In this document: positions 28,133 to 37,370 of the stretch, one piece after another
Layout: every line of letters begins with the position of its first letter
Position numbering within the stretch: position 1 is the stretch's first letter
Assembly: GCA_965223335.1 (NCBI GenBank)
Contig: OZ244991.1
Span: 352,001 to 416,000 of the forward strand
Source of the DNA: Thermodesulfobacteriota bacterium
GTDB lineage: Bacteria > Desulfobacterota_D > UBA1144 > Nemesobacterales > UBA2774
Length of the DNA stretch: 64,000 nt
Direction of reading: 5' to 3'
Notes under the pieces: generated by a model
Told to the model about the DNA's origin: nothing
Databases searched by the model: none
The model's input: the letters and a program-made list of their open reading frames with translations, nothing else
Made by a program: the position numbers and the translations under genes

Positions 28133-29799
28133 GCAGCAGGTTGCCCTATGTGCCTGAAAACACTGAATCGTTACCACGGTTGAGCACAAACGAGGGGATG
28201 CTTAGCTGGGTCGGTTCAATAGACCACAAACAGATAGGTATTATGTACCTGATCTGCACGCTATTTTACTTTGTAGTCGGGGGTCTCGAGGCCCTAGTCA
28301 TAAGGCTACAGCTCGCAAGCCCGGGTAACGAGCTCATCTCACCCGAGCTCTATAACCAGCTTTTCACCATGCATGGCACCACCATGGTGTTCCTTGTAGT
28401 GATGCCGTTTCTGATAGGGGTGGGAGTCTATCTGGTACCGCTTATGATCGGTGCGCGCGATATGGCGTTTCCAAGGCTAAATGCACTCAGCTTTTGGCTG
28501 TTCGCATTCGGGGGCATACTTTTGTATTACAGCTTTTTCACTCAGAGCGGGCCATCGGAGGTAGGGTGGTTCGCATATGCTCCTCTAAGTGAAAAACCGT
28601 TCTCGCTTAATAAGGGGCCCACTTACTGGGTGCTCGGCATATTGGCCACAGGCATAGGCTCTGTAGCCTCGGGACTAAACAACATTGTAACCATACTCAC
28701 CATGCGCACACCCGGGATGACCATGCGCAGACTCCCTCTATTTGTGTGGATGATACTGGTTACATCTTTTTTGCTTATTTTTGTACTACCGATTATAACA
28801 TCCGCATTTGCAATGATGCTGCTCGACAGGCTCTTGGGTGCAACGTTCTTTACCCCTGCCCATGGGGGCTCAGCTATACTCTGGCAGCATTTTTTCTGGG
28901 GATTCGGGCACCCTGAAGTCTACATACTTATTTTGCCGGCATTCGGAATAATTTCAGAAGTTGTACCAGTGTTTTCGCGTAAACCCATTTACGGTTACGA
29001 GTTCGTTGCCGGCTCCACTGTGGCCATCGGGCTACTGAGCCTGGGTGTATGGGCGCATCACATGTTTGCAGTGGGTCTCGGGAACATTGCCAATGCATAT
29101 TTTTCTATAGCCAGCATGCTCATCGCAGTCCCCACCGGGATCAAGGTGTTAAACTGGGTGGCCACGATGTGGGGGGGTAAGATCCGTTTCGCAACACCTA
29201 TGCTCTTTGCCACAGCATTCATAATCGAGTTTGTTGTAGGGGGATTGACCGGAGTAGCCATTGCCTCGGTACCCATCGACTGGGTAGTTACCGACAGCTA
29301 TTTTATTGTGGCACACTTCCACTATGCGCTATTCGGCGGCTCTATGTTTGCTATATTTGCGGGTGTGTACTACTGGTTCCCTAAATTTTCCGGGCGTATG
29401 TTGTCGGAATCACTGGGGAAATGGCATTTTTGGCTCACAGTAATAGGCTTTAACCTCACTTTTTTCATACAGCATTTCCTGGGTCTTATGGGTATGCCGA
29501 GGCGCACATACACATACCCTGACCTGCCGTACTGGGGCTCTATGAATTTGGTTTCGACCATAGGTGCCGTGTTACTGGGTGTATCGGTCTTGGTCTTCAT
29601 TTGGAATATCATAGTCAGCCTTCGTAACGGCAAGAGAGCTCCTGATAACCCTTGGGACGCATGGACGCTCGAGTGGGCAGCATCGTGCCCGCCAAAAGTA
29701 GAGAACTTCGATCTGGTACCGCCTGTGCGCGGGCGCCGCCCGTTATGGGACCTTGCACACCCGGATATGCCTGACGAGCCGGGAGCAGAGACAGTATAG
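28129..29799 (+). CDS. ctaD: Cytochrome c oxidase subunit I (A1 type)
   Basis: DHKQIG, FTMHGT, GHPEVY, WAHHM, VAHFHY and GMPRR motifs; start overlaps the coxB stop (ATGA). Confidence 0.97.
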   Translation: MSSRLPYVPENTESLPRLSTNEGMLSWVGSIDHKQIGIMYLICTLFYFVVGGLEALVIRLQLASPGNELISPELYNQLFTMHGTTMVFLVVMPFLIGVGVYLVPLMIGARDMAFPRLNALSFWLFAFGGILLYYSFFTQSGPSEVGWFAYAPLSEKPFSLNKGPTYWVLGILATGIGSVASGLNNIVTILTMRTPGMTMRRLPLFVWMILVTSFLLIFVLPIITSAFAMMLLDRLLGATFFTPAHGGSAILWQHFFWGFGHPEVYILILPAFGIISEVVPVFSRKPIYGYEFVAGSTVAIGLLSLGVWAHHMFAVGLGNIANAYFSIASMLIAVPTGIKVLNWVATMWGGKIRFATPMLFATAFIIEFVVGGLTGVAIASVPIDWVVTDSYFIVAHFHYALFGGSMFAIFAGVYYWFPKFSGRMLSESLGKWHFWLTVIGFNLTFFIQHFLGLMGMPRRTYTYPDLPYWGSMNLVSTIGAVLLGVSVLVFIWNIIVSLRNGKRAPDNPWDAWTLEWAASCPPKVENFDLVPPVRGRRPLWDLAHPDMPDEPGAETV

Positions 29800-29810
29800 G
29801 TGATATAAAT

Positions 29811-30362
29811 ATGGCTAATAACAAAATGGCAATCAGTTTCTTTATAGCTTCCGAGTCAATATTCTTTCTGATGCTAATCCTAGCATATGTAAATTTCCAT
29901 GGCACAGTCACCGACGGCCCCACCGCAGCTACGAGCCTTGACCCTATAAAAACAGGGATATTCAGCCTATTTTTACTCGCAAGCAGTTTTACAATATGGC
30001 TAGCCGGCAAGAGCCTTGCGGCCAAAAACCATTTTATGCTAAAGGTCTGGATACTGCTTACCATAATACTGGGTGCCACATTCATATACGGACAGGGTAG
30101 TGAGTGGGCTGGGCTCATAGAAAAAAACATTACGATAAGCACAAACGTATTCGGATCTACGTTTTTTACGCTCACTGGGTTTCACGGACTCCATGTGTGT
30201 ATCGGGCTTATAATGCTCTCAATACTCCTTGGGCTTGCGCTATGGGGTGATTTTAAGGGCCCCAGGTCAGATGCCGTAGAGTGTGTGTCGATCTACTGGC
30301 ACTTTGTAGATGGGGTATGGATAGTGGTATTTTCGGTTATTTATCTTTGGGCTTTTTTATAG
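29811..30362 (+). CDS. coxC: Heme-copper oxidase subunit III (short form)
   Basis: FIASESIFF, FFTLTGFHGLHV and YWHFVDGVW motifs. Confidence 0.93.
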   Translation: MANNKMAISFFIASESIFFLMLILAYVNFHGTVTDGPTAATSLDPIKTGIFSLFLLASSFTIWLAGKSLAAKNHFMLKVWILLTIILGATFIYGQGSEWAGLIEKNITISTNVFGSTFFTLTGFHGLHVCIGLIMLSILLGLALWGDFKGPRSDAVECVSIYWHFVDGVWIVVFSVIYLWAFL

Positions 30363-30379
30363 CAACGAGGGGTTAAGAC

Positions 30380-31225
30380 ATGAACTACTTTGAGATATTC
30401 ACAAGCACTTGGAACCTGGAACCATGGGTGTTAGTAAGCAGTCTAGTACTTGTACTATTCTATGCTTACGTATCGGGGTTTAGATCTACACGAAGAACAG
30501 TGCTATATCTCGTTGGTGTCGCACTCTTCGTATTGGCTCTATGCTCCCCACTGGATTACTTTGGCAGGTACTATCTGTTCAGCGCTCATATGGTAGGGCA
30601 TATGATACTGCTGCTTATAGTGCCGTTATTTCTGCTCTGGGGTCTAAGTGATGAAGATGCCGTGCGTCTCTACAGAATAAGAGCAGTAAAGAATATTGTA
30701 AAACCGCTTAGCAACCCCATCTTGTGTTGGTTCTTGGGCATAGGGGCAATGTGGGTATGGCACATGCCCGCTATACACAATGCTGTCTTGGCCAATATTA
30801 AACTATATATATTCCAACAGCTTAGTTTTTTGGTGATCGGCATTCTATTTTGGCTGCCAGTGTTCTCGCCGTTTACACAGCACCGCATCTCGACACTCGG
30901 GTCCACGTTATACCTTGCAAGCGCGTGTTTGGGCTGTACGGTGCTTGGTATATTGATCACCTTTGCCGGGGCCGGGCTATACACCTTTTATATAAACCCT
31001 GTGGACACACTCGGGATTCTGCCGTTTTTACGCAACGACCTATGCCTAACAGTGGGAGCTGACCAACAGATCGGGGGGCTTATGATGTGGGTACCGGGAT
31101 GCCTTATCTACCTGGCTGCAAGCATGGTAATACTGGCCCGGTGGTACAGCACACCCGAAAGTTACGAGTCCAAAAACCCATACTTAATAAAGGATAAGGA
31201 GATATATAACGTTGAGTACAGGTAG
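30380..31225 (+). CDS. ctaG: Caa3-type cytochrome c oxidase assembly factor CtaG
   Basis: SPLD...FSAHMVGH, MWVWHMP and DQQIGGLMMWVPG motifs. Confidence 0.88.
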   Translation: MNYFEIFTSTWNLEPWVLVSSLVLVLFYAYVSGFRSTRRTVLYLVGVALFVLALCSPLDYFGRYYLFSAHMVGHMILLLIVPLFLLWGLSDEDAVRLYRIRAVKNIVKPLSNPILCWFLGIGAMWVWHMPAIHNAVLANIKLYIFQQLSFLVIGILFWLPVFSPFTQHRISTLGSTLYLASACLGCTVLGILITFAGAGLYTFYINPVDTLGILPFLRNDLCLTVGADQQIGGLMMWVPGCLIYLAASMVILARWYSTPESYESKNPYLIKDKEIYNVEYR

Positions 31226-31508
31226 CGAGTTCCAGACACCAGGAGCACAAGGTGTACCGCACCATAGCGGAACCGATATACCCCCCGGATGGCACACACC
31301 AAAACCCGAGAGGCTTCCGCGCCCGGCCTATTGGCCAGCAATTATGGCGCTTGGGATTACGTTTATGCTCTGGAGCCTGGCCGTGGGGTTCAACGAGGTT
31401 GTAAGCACTATTATTATTCTTTTTTTAGTCGGTCTTAGTTTATTTGCAGTGGCCCTTGTGGGTTGGATAGGAGACCTAAGAGATGAGCGAAGAGACCAAA
31501 ACGAATGA
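31212..31508 (+). CDS. Small two-TM membrane protein, probable oxidase subunit IV-like
   Basis: LPRPAYWP followed by two TM helices ending GWIGD; overlaps both neighbours within the operon. Confidence 0.65.
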   Translation: MSTGSEFQTPGAQGVPHHSGTDIPPGWHTPKPERLPRPAYWPAIMALGITFMLWSLAVGFNEVVSTIIILFLVGLSLFAVALVGWIGDLRDERRDQNE

Positions 31509-31989
31509 GTGCAGCCGTAGAGAGTTTTTTACACACCTAAGCATTGCTCTAGGCAGCATTGCCGGGGTGCTTGTGGCCATACCGGTTGTGGGCTCGATAT
31601 TAGCACCTGTGGTAAAAAAACCCAAGCCGATATGGAGACCTGTGGGTGGGATCGACAGCTTTAAAGTAGGAGAAACGGTAAAGGTAACGTTTGTGGATGC
31701 ATCCCCGCTGCCCTGGGCAGGGGTCACAGCTGAATCAGCGGCATGGCTAAGACGTGTGGACGAAGATAATTTCACCGCGTTCTCTGTAAACTGCGCACAC
31801 TTGGGCTGCCCTGTGAGGTGGGTTGCGGGAGCGCAGCTTTTTATGTGCCCCTGCCACGGCGGTGTTTACTATTCAGACGGTTCTGTGGCTGCCGGACCAC
31901 CGCCCCGAGGGCTTTATAAATACCCTGTAAGGGTATTGCAGGGAGAGGTCGAGATCTTAACAAGCCCGGTCCCTATCACTACTGTATAA
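31483..31989 (+). CDS. Rieske 2Fe-2S subunit of a quinol:cytochrome c oxidoreductase
   Basis: Tat motif SRREFF, TM helix, CAHLGC and CPCHGG boxes. Confidence 0.95.
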   Translation: MSEETKTNECSRREFFTHLSIALGSIAGVLVAIPVVGSILAPVVKKPKPIWRPVGGIDSFKVGETVKVTFVDASPLPWAGVTAESAAWLRRVDEDNFTAFSVNCAHLGCPVRWVAGAQLFMCPCHGGVYYSDGSVAAGPPPRGLYKYPVRVLQGEVEILTSPVPITTV

Positions 31990-32036
31990 AAGGTTGCATC
32001 TATGCAATTTATACGAAGATACAAGGAGCTAAAGCA

Positions 32037-33437
32037 ATGGGAGCGTTAAAGCGTGCGTGGTCGTGGTTCGATGACCGCACAGGCATTGCCGATGCCATAG
32101 GCCCCATTGCGAAACACGCGGTACCCCCCAACTCCGCATCGTGGTTCTACGTATTCGGCAGCGCCACACTATTTGCCTTTTTGCTCCAGGTCGCAACCGG
32201 GGTAACACTCGCATTCATGTACGTGCCGTCCGCAGGGGAAGCATACCAGAGCCTCCAGTATATAACGGACCAAAATGCCTTCGGTAGAATAGTAAGGGGC
32301 ATGCACAACTGGGGAGCCTCGGCCATGATACTGCTCGTGGGCTTACACATGATACGCGTCTACCTCACTGCTTCATACAAATTCCCAAGAGAGATGCACT
32401 GGATTACAGGCGTTGTGCTGCTGTCTCTTACAGTCGTAATGGGTTTTACCGGTCAGGTAGTGCGCTGGGACCAGACAGCCGTGTGGTCCACGATAGTAGC
32501 CTCTGAGCAGGCCGGCAGGGTGCCGTTTATAGGTGCGTGGATAGCACAGTTTATCATAGGTGGGGAGACTATCGGAGGGGCTACGCTAAGCCGCATGTTT
32601 GCATATCATGTGTTTGTTATACCCGCACTTTTATTTATATTCATCGGGTTCCATCTCTACCTGGTCATTAAAAACGGCATCTCCGAATTCCCGAAACCGG
32701 GTAAAGCAGTGGACCCTGCCACATACCGAGTAGAGTACGAGGAAATGGTAGAGAAAAAGGGTGTGCCGTTTTGGCCTGACGCCGCATGGCGTGATATGGT
32801 ATTCGGGTTTATCGTTATCACGGTGATACTGCTCATTGCAGTTATAGTAGGCCCCCCGGCGCTCGATGCCCCGCCCAACCCGTCTAATATAGACGCTCTA
32901 CCCGTTCCAGACTGGTATTTTGTGTTTTATTTTGCGTTTCTTGCACTCATGCCTCCACAGATGGAGACATACCTCATGGTATTCGGCCCTCTATTAATAG
33001 GGCTCATTCTATTTTTACTGCCGTTTATCTCCAACCGGGGCGAGCGAAGCCCACTTAGGCGCCCCTGGGCCGTTGCCATAGTGGCACTGGCAGTGATGAG
33101 TATCTCGGGCCTCTGGGCAATCGGGATCACCTCACCATGGTCCCCCCATTTCCACGCCACCCCGCTAGATGCCAAAATTATAGGCGAGACAAGCGGGCCT
33201 GTTTACGATGGGGGCATGCTCTTTAACGAAAAAGGGTGTCTATACTGCCATAGGATCTCGGGTCATGGGGGGGAGCGAGGACCCGACCTTACTTACATAG
33301 GGGACAGACTTTCCAGCGATGAGCTCACATGGCGCATAATGAACGGCGGGCTTAATATGCCCGGGTTCGGCGGCACACTCACCAATGAAGAACTAAGCAA
33401 TCTTGTGACTTTTCTTAAAACCAGGAAAAAAGAGTAG
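32037..33437 (+). CDS. Cytochrome b (unsplit) with fused C-terminal cytochrome c
   Basis: RGMHNWGAS...LHMIRV, YHVFVIP...FHLYLV, PFWPD, PDWYF and heme c motif CLYCH...MPGF. Confidence 0.93.
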   Translation: MGALKRAWSWFDDRTGIADAIGPIAKHAVPPNSASWFYVFGSATLFAFLLQVATGVTLAFMYVPSAGEAYQSLQYITDQNAFGRIVRGMHNWGASAMILLVGLHMIRVYLTASYKFPREMHWITGVVLLSLTVVMGFTGQVVRWDQTAVWSTIVASEQAGRVPFIGAWIAQFIIGGETIGGATLSRMFAYHVFVIPALLFIFIGFHLYLVIKNGISEFPKPGKAVDPATYRVEYEEMVEKKGVPFWPDAAWRDMVFGFIVITVILLIAVIVGPPALDAPPNPSNIDALPVPDWYFVFYFAFLALMPPQMETYLMVFGPLLIGLILFLLPFISNRGERSPLRRPWAVAIVALAVMSISGLWAIGITSPWSPHFHATPLDAKIIGETSGPVYDGGMLFNEKGCLYCHRISGHGGERGPDLTYIGDRLSSDELTWRIMNGGLNMPGFGGTLTNEELSNLVTFLKTRKKE

Positions 33438-33454
33438 GATTAAAACCTAGACAA

Positions 33455-34759
33455 TCATTCCTTATCCCCGGGGGTCTTGCGATCCCTCATTAGGAACTTG
33501 AGCTGAACAATGTCCTTTGACAAAAATATATCCAGGAACCAATCGAGTGCAATCCTTATTTTGCGGTCTATGCCCGGGAGTTTCCCCAAGTATATGGCAC
33601 GCCACAATAACCACGCAAAGAACCCAGAGAATTTATATCCCCTAATCTCCGCCACAGCCGATCTGTGCCCAAGCGGGGCTAGCATACCCTGAGTCTGGTA
33701 GATAAAAGGCCGTTTATCCTTATCGCGCCCTTTAATTGCCGCTGCTACGTTTATTGCAACCCGTTTGCCCTCGCGCGTAGCATGCTGGGCTGTGGGCGGG
33801 TAAGGCTTTCCGGAGTGTGGGTCGGGTATCACAGCACAGTCCCCAAGCGCCCAAACACCCGGGAAACCCTCAACCTCCATATATTCGTTTACCTCGATCC
33901 TCCCCCGTTTGTCCGCGCACGGGAGCTCTGCAATAACCGGTTGGGGGGCTGTACCCGCAGCCCATATTGCAGTATGGGTGTTAATCACGCCGCCTTCGTA
34001 CTCAACCCTATCAGGCTCTACACCGCTTACCCTGGTGTTGAGTTGGAATTTCATCCCCCTCTCACCAAGTATCTTAAGCCCGTACTCAGCCAAGTTCTCA
34101 CTCATCTCGTGCATGATCCTGTCCCCAGGGTCAATCACCACAACGCTTACTTCGTCGGGCTTTACATTTTTGTAAAACCTCCGGCTCGATCTCACAAAAT
34201 CGTTTAACTCCGCTGCCACCTCTATCCCCGTATACCCTCCGCCCACAACAGCAAATGTAAGGAGGCTTCGTCTTAGGTCCGGGTTCTGCTCTATATCCGC
34301 TCGCTCAAACATATCAATCACATGGCTCCTTAGCACCATTGCGTCTGCGAGGTTCTTAAGCGGGTAAGAATTCTCCTCGGCCCCAGCCACACCGTGATAA
34401 CCGGTAATAGAGCCGAGTGCGAGTATTAGATAGTCATATTCCAGTTTGAACGACTCGCACATGTGGTAGTGAAAACACGTAGCGACCTTGTTTTTGAGGT
34501 CAATCTTCTGTACCTCGAGTTCTTTAAATGATGCCTTTTTAAGACACTCTCTAAGCGGGATCACTATATGTTGGGGCTCTAGGCTGCTGGCTACGACCTC
34601 AGCTAGCATCGATGTAAAAATAAGGTAGTTGTTCTTATTTACAAGTGTAATCTCAACACTTTGGTCATCGGCAAATATCCTCTCCAGTGTCTGGGCGGCT
34701 TCAAGACCCGCAAAACCGCCCCCTAGGATTAGAACCCTCTTCTTTCCGTCTTCGGACAT
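33455..34759 (-). CDS. ndh: Type II NADH dehydrogenase
   Basis: ILGGGFAG, VVGGGYTGIEVAAE, IWAAG, WALGDCA and PPTAQHA motifs. Confidence 0.9.
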   Translation of the reverse strand: MSEDGKKRVLILGGGFAGLEAAQTLERIFADDQSVEITLVNKNNYLIFTSMLAEVVASSLEPQHIVIPLRECLKKASFKELEVQKIDLKNKVATCFHYHMCESFKLEYDYLILALGSITGYHGVAGAEENSYPLKNLADAMVLRSHVIDMFERADIEQNPDLRRSLLTFAVVGGGYTGIEVAAELNDFVRSSRRFYKNVKPDEVSVVVIDPGDRIMHEMSENLAEYGLKILGERGMKFQLNTRVSGVEPDRVEYEGGVINTHTAIWAAGTAPQPVIAELPCADKRGRIEVNEYMEVEGFPGVWALGDCAVIPDPHSGKPYPPTAQHATREGKRVAINVAAAIKGRDKDKRPFIYQTQGMLAPLGHRSAVAEIRGYKFSGFFAWLLWRAIYLGKLPGIDRKIRIALDWFLDIFLSKDIVQLKFLMRDRKTPGDKE

Positions 34760-34965
34760 TGCCGCATTACCCTCCGTATTAATATTATGGAGACTAATCT
34801 ACTGGTATTGCATCCGATTTACAATGAAACCGTAACCCAATTCTCAAATGAATCCCAAGAGCTTGTCAACAAAATAGGGGGTTTCACTGGATTAATTCGT
34901 ATAGATCTGCGAAAAACTTAAGTGCTAAATATAGATCGATATCGCGGTATAACCGATATAGAGGA

Positions 34966-36507
34966 TCAGTTTTTGAGTTCTCCGTTTTTCTTTTCTTTCC
35001 TAATGGCGGCATAAATTGTGTTCTCGCCTCTCTTCACCAAAAATAGAGCCGTGTTGCCGCCTTTGATACTCTCTAGGGCCTGGGTATAGTCCCCGAGTGT
35101 CTTTATAGGCTTTTTATTGATCTCGAGCACTATATCGCCCGGTCTTAAGCCCGACTCCTCAGCCACAGTCCCCCGCTCCACGTTAACAATAATCACTCCA
35201 TCGGTCCGGTCCAGATTAAAACGCCTTGAGATCTGCGGTGTTATCTCCTGTACCGCTATCCCCAGGTCTTCCTCTACTTTCTCCTCTTCGGCCTCGGCAC
35301 TGCCCGAGTCCGGGTACTCGCCGAGTTTGACCTTGATATCTTTTTCCTCACCACCCGCCACCATATTCATACTAACCTCTGTTCCAGGCGGCGATACTGC
35401 AACGAGTCTTGTCAGATCGTTTATATCCGAGATCTTCTCCCCATTAAATTTAACGATTACATCCCCTCTTTTTATCCCCGCTTTTGCGGCCGGGCTATCC
35501 TCAGTCACATCACTCACCAATGCCCCCTGCTCAACATCTAGATTTAGGCTCTGAGCTATATCCTCTGTTAGAGGCTGAACCAGCACACCCAACCATCCCC
35601 TCACAACCTTGCCCCCGTCTTTAATCTGATCAATCACATATTCGGCAAGGTCAATGGGTATGGCAAATCCAATGCCCTGCCCCCTAGCTATTATTGCAGT
35701 ATTTACCCCCACTACCTCTCCCTGCAGGTTAAAGAGCGGCCCCCCGCTATTACCAGGGTTAAGCGACGCATCGGTCTGTATAAAGTCATCATATGCCCCT
35801 AAGCCAAGTGTACGGCCTTTGGCACTCACAATACCCGAGGTCACAGTGTATCCGAACCCAAACGGGTTTCCGATCGCTATGACCCAATCCCCGATCCTAA
35901 GGTTGTCGGAGTTGCCGAACTTAACTGTCTGGAGTTTGTGGTCAGGCTCGATTTTGAGCACTGCCAAATCCGTTTTAGCGTCTTTACCCACTACCTTGGC
36001 CTCATATTCGCTCCCGTCCTCAAGCACTACATCTATATCATCGGCCCTGTGTATCACATGGTTGTTTGTAACAATGTAGCCGTCCTCGCTAATCACAAAC
36101 CCCGATCCGAGCCCCCGCCTTTTTACATCGGGCTGGTTCTTGAAAAACTGCTCAAAGAACTCTTCCAGTGGGTTTTTACTGCCGTAAGGAGATTTCTGTG
36201 ACCTTGGGAACAGACCCCCTCCGCGGATCGTATTGGTCGTGCTTATATTTACTACCGAAGGCTTTAATTTCTCAACAAGATCGGCAAAAGAGGGAAACTC
36301 CCCCGAGAAATTATTCTTGTGAGTCTCTTTTTTCTCAACTTTCTTTGGTTTGGCCTGTTTTTGATCACTTTCCTTTTTTATTTCTTGTTTCTGAGCACTA
36401 TCTGTGGTTTTAGTTTCTCTGTCGGGATCAGATTTCTCGCAACTAGTAAATGTAAGTAGAAATACAAGCGGAGCTACCAATGCAAATACAACAAAAAGCC
36501 TATTCAT
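34966..36507 (-). CDS. DegP/DegQ (HtrA) serine protease with two PDZ domains, predicted lipoprotein
   Basis: GLGSGF, TNNHV, TDLAV and NPGNSGGP catalytic motifs, two PDZ domains, lipobox FTSC. Confidence 0.95.
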   Translation of the reverse strand: MNRLFVVFALVAPLVFLLTFTSCEKSDPDRETKTTDSAQKQEIKKESDQKQAKPKKVEKKETHKNNFSGEFPSFADLVEKLKPSVVNISTTNTIRGGGLFPRSQKSPYGSKNPLEEFFEQFFKNQPDVKRRGLGSGFVISEDGYIVTNNHVIHRADDIDVVLEDGSEYEAKVVGKDAKTDLAVLKIEPDHKLQTVKFGNSDNLRIGDWVIAIGNPFGFGYTVTSGIVSAKGRTLGLGAYDDFIQTDASLNPGNSGGPLFNLQGEVVGVNTAIIARGQGIGFAIPIDLAEYVIDQIKDGGKVVRGWLGVLVQPLTEDIAQSLNLDVEQGALVSDVTEDSPAAKAGIKRGDVIVKFNGEKISDINDLTRLVAVSPPGTEVSMNMVAGGEEKDIKVKLGEYPDSGSAEAEEEKVEEDLGIAVQEITPQISRRFNLDRTDGVIIVNVERGTVAEESGLRPGDIVLEINKKPIKTLGDYTQALESIKGGNTALFLVKRGENTIYAAIRKEKKNGELKN

Positions 36508-36703
36508 AAAACCCTCCTTGATTAAACCATTTAGGAATAATATAGCTATGAATTACCGAGAGGCAAGAAATATATAATCCGCTAGATATTAAAGTAAACA
36601 CAGAGTTACGGGAACACAGGATTTAAAACCACAAAAAGTTACCAAATATTTATATGATATTTACAAATTTCTTTGGATTGACATTGTATGTCCAGCAGTA
36701 ATA

Positions 36704-37348
36704 ATGAGATTCTACACGATGAGTTTCCCCGAGCTTACCACATTTTTTATTGCTATGCTGGCGATAACGAACCCAATTGGCAACCTTGCCATCTTTGCAA
36801 GCCTAACTGGGGATAAAACCGACTCCGAAAAAAAGAAGACAGCATTCGTAGCAGGAGTCGCCATTACCATAATTCTCTTGCTAGTCACTTGGACCGGCGA
36901 CCTAATGCTAAGAGCTTTTGGCATCGACGTCGGGGCATTCGAAACAGCAGGCGGGGTTATCATAGCGCTTATGGGTATATCTATGCTCCACGCCAAGACA
37001 AGCGAGATTCATCACAATAAAGATGAAAGAGAAGAAGCGAAATCAAAAGACTCTGTGGCCGTGGTACCTATAGCCATTCCCATTGTAGCAGGACCCGGGG
37101 CTATAACCACATTAATAGTAAACAGCCATAATTACACAACTATCCCCGACAAAGTATATATATCAGTGATCTGCGTATTCGTATCCCTACTACTCTGGAT
37201 CTGCTTTTATTTCTCGGCACCAGTGAGCAGACTGCTCGGTGTATCGGGAGTAAATATAGTTACCAGAATAATGGGTATTATTCTTACAGCCATTGCATTC
37301 CAAATGATTGCAGGCGGCCTAAAATCCCAGTTTCCCGGCCTTAGTTAA
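36704..37348 (+). CDS. MarC family integral membrane protein
   Basis: AITNPIGN, AVVPIAIPIVAGPGAI and TRIMGIIL motifs. Start may be ATG 36719. Confidence 0.93.
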   Translation: MRFYTMSFPELTTFFIAMLAITNPIGNLAIFASLTGDKTDSEKKKTAFVAGVAITIILLLVTWTGDLMLRAFGIDVGAFETAGGVIIALMGISMLHAKTSEIHHNKDEREEAKSKDSVAVVPIAIPIVAGPGAITTLIVNSHNYTTIPDKVYISVICVFVSLLLWICFYFSAPVSRLLGVSGVNIVTRIMGIILTAIAFQMIAGGLKSQFPGLS

Positions 37349-37370
37349 TACCTTAGACTGAGTACAAAGA

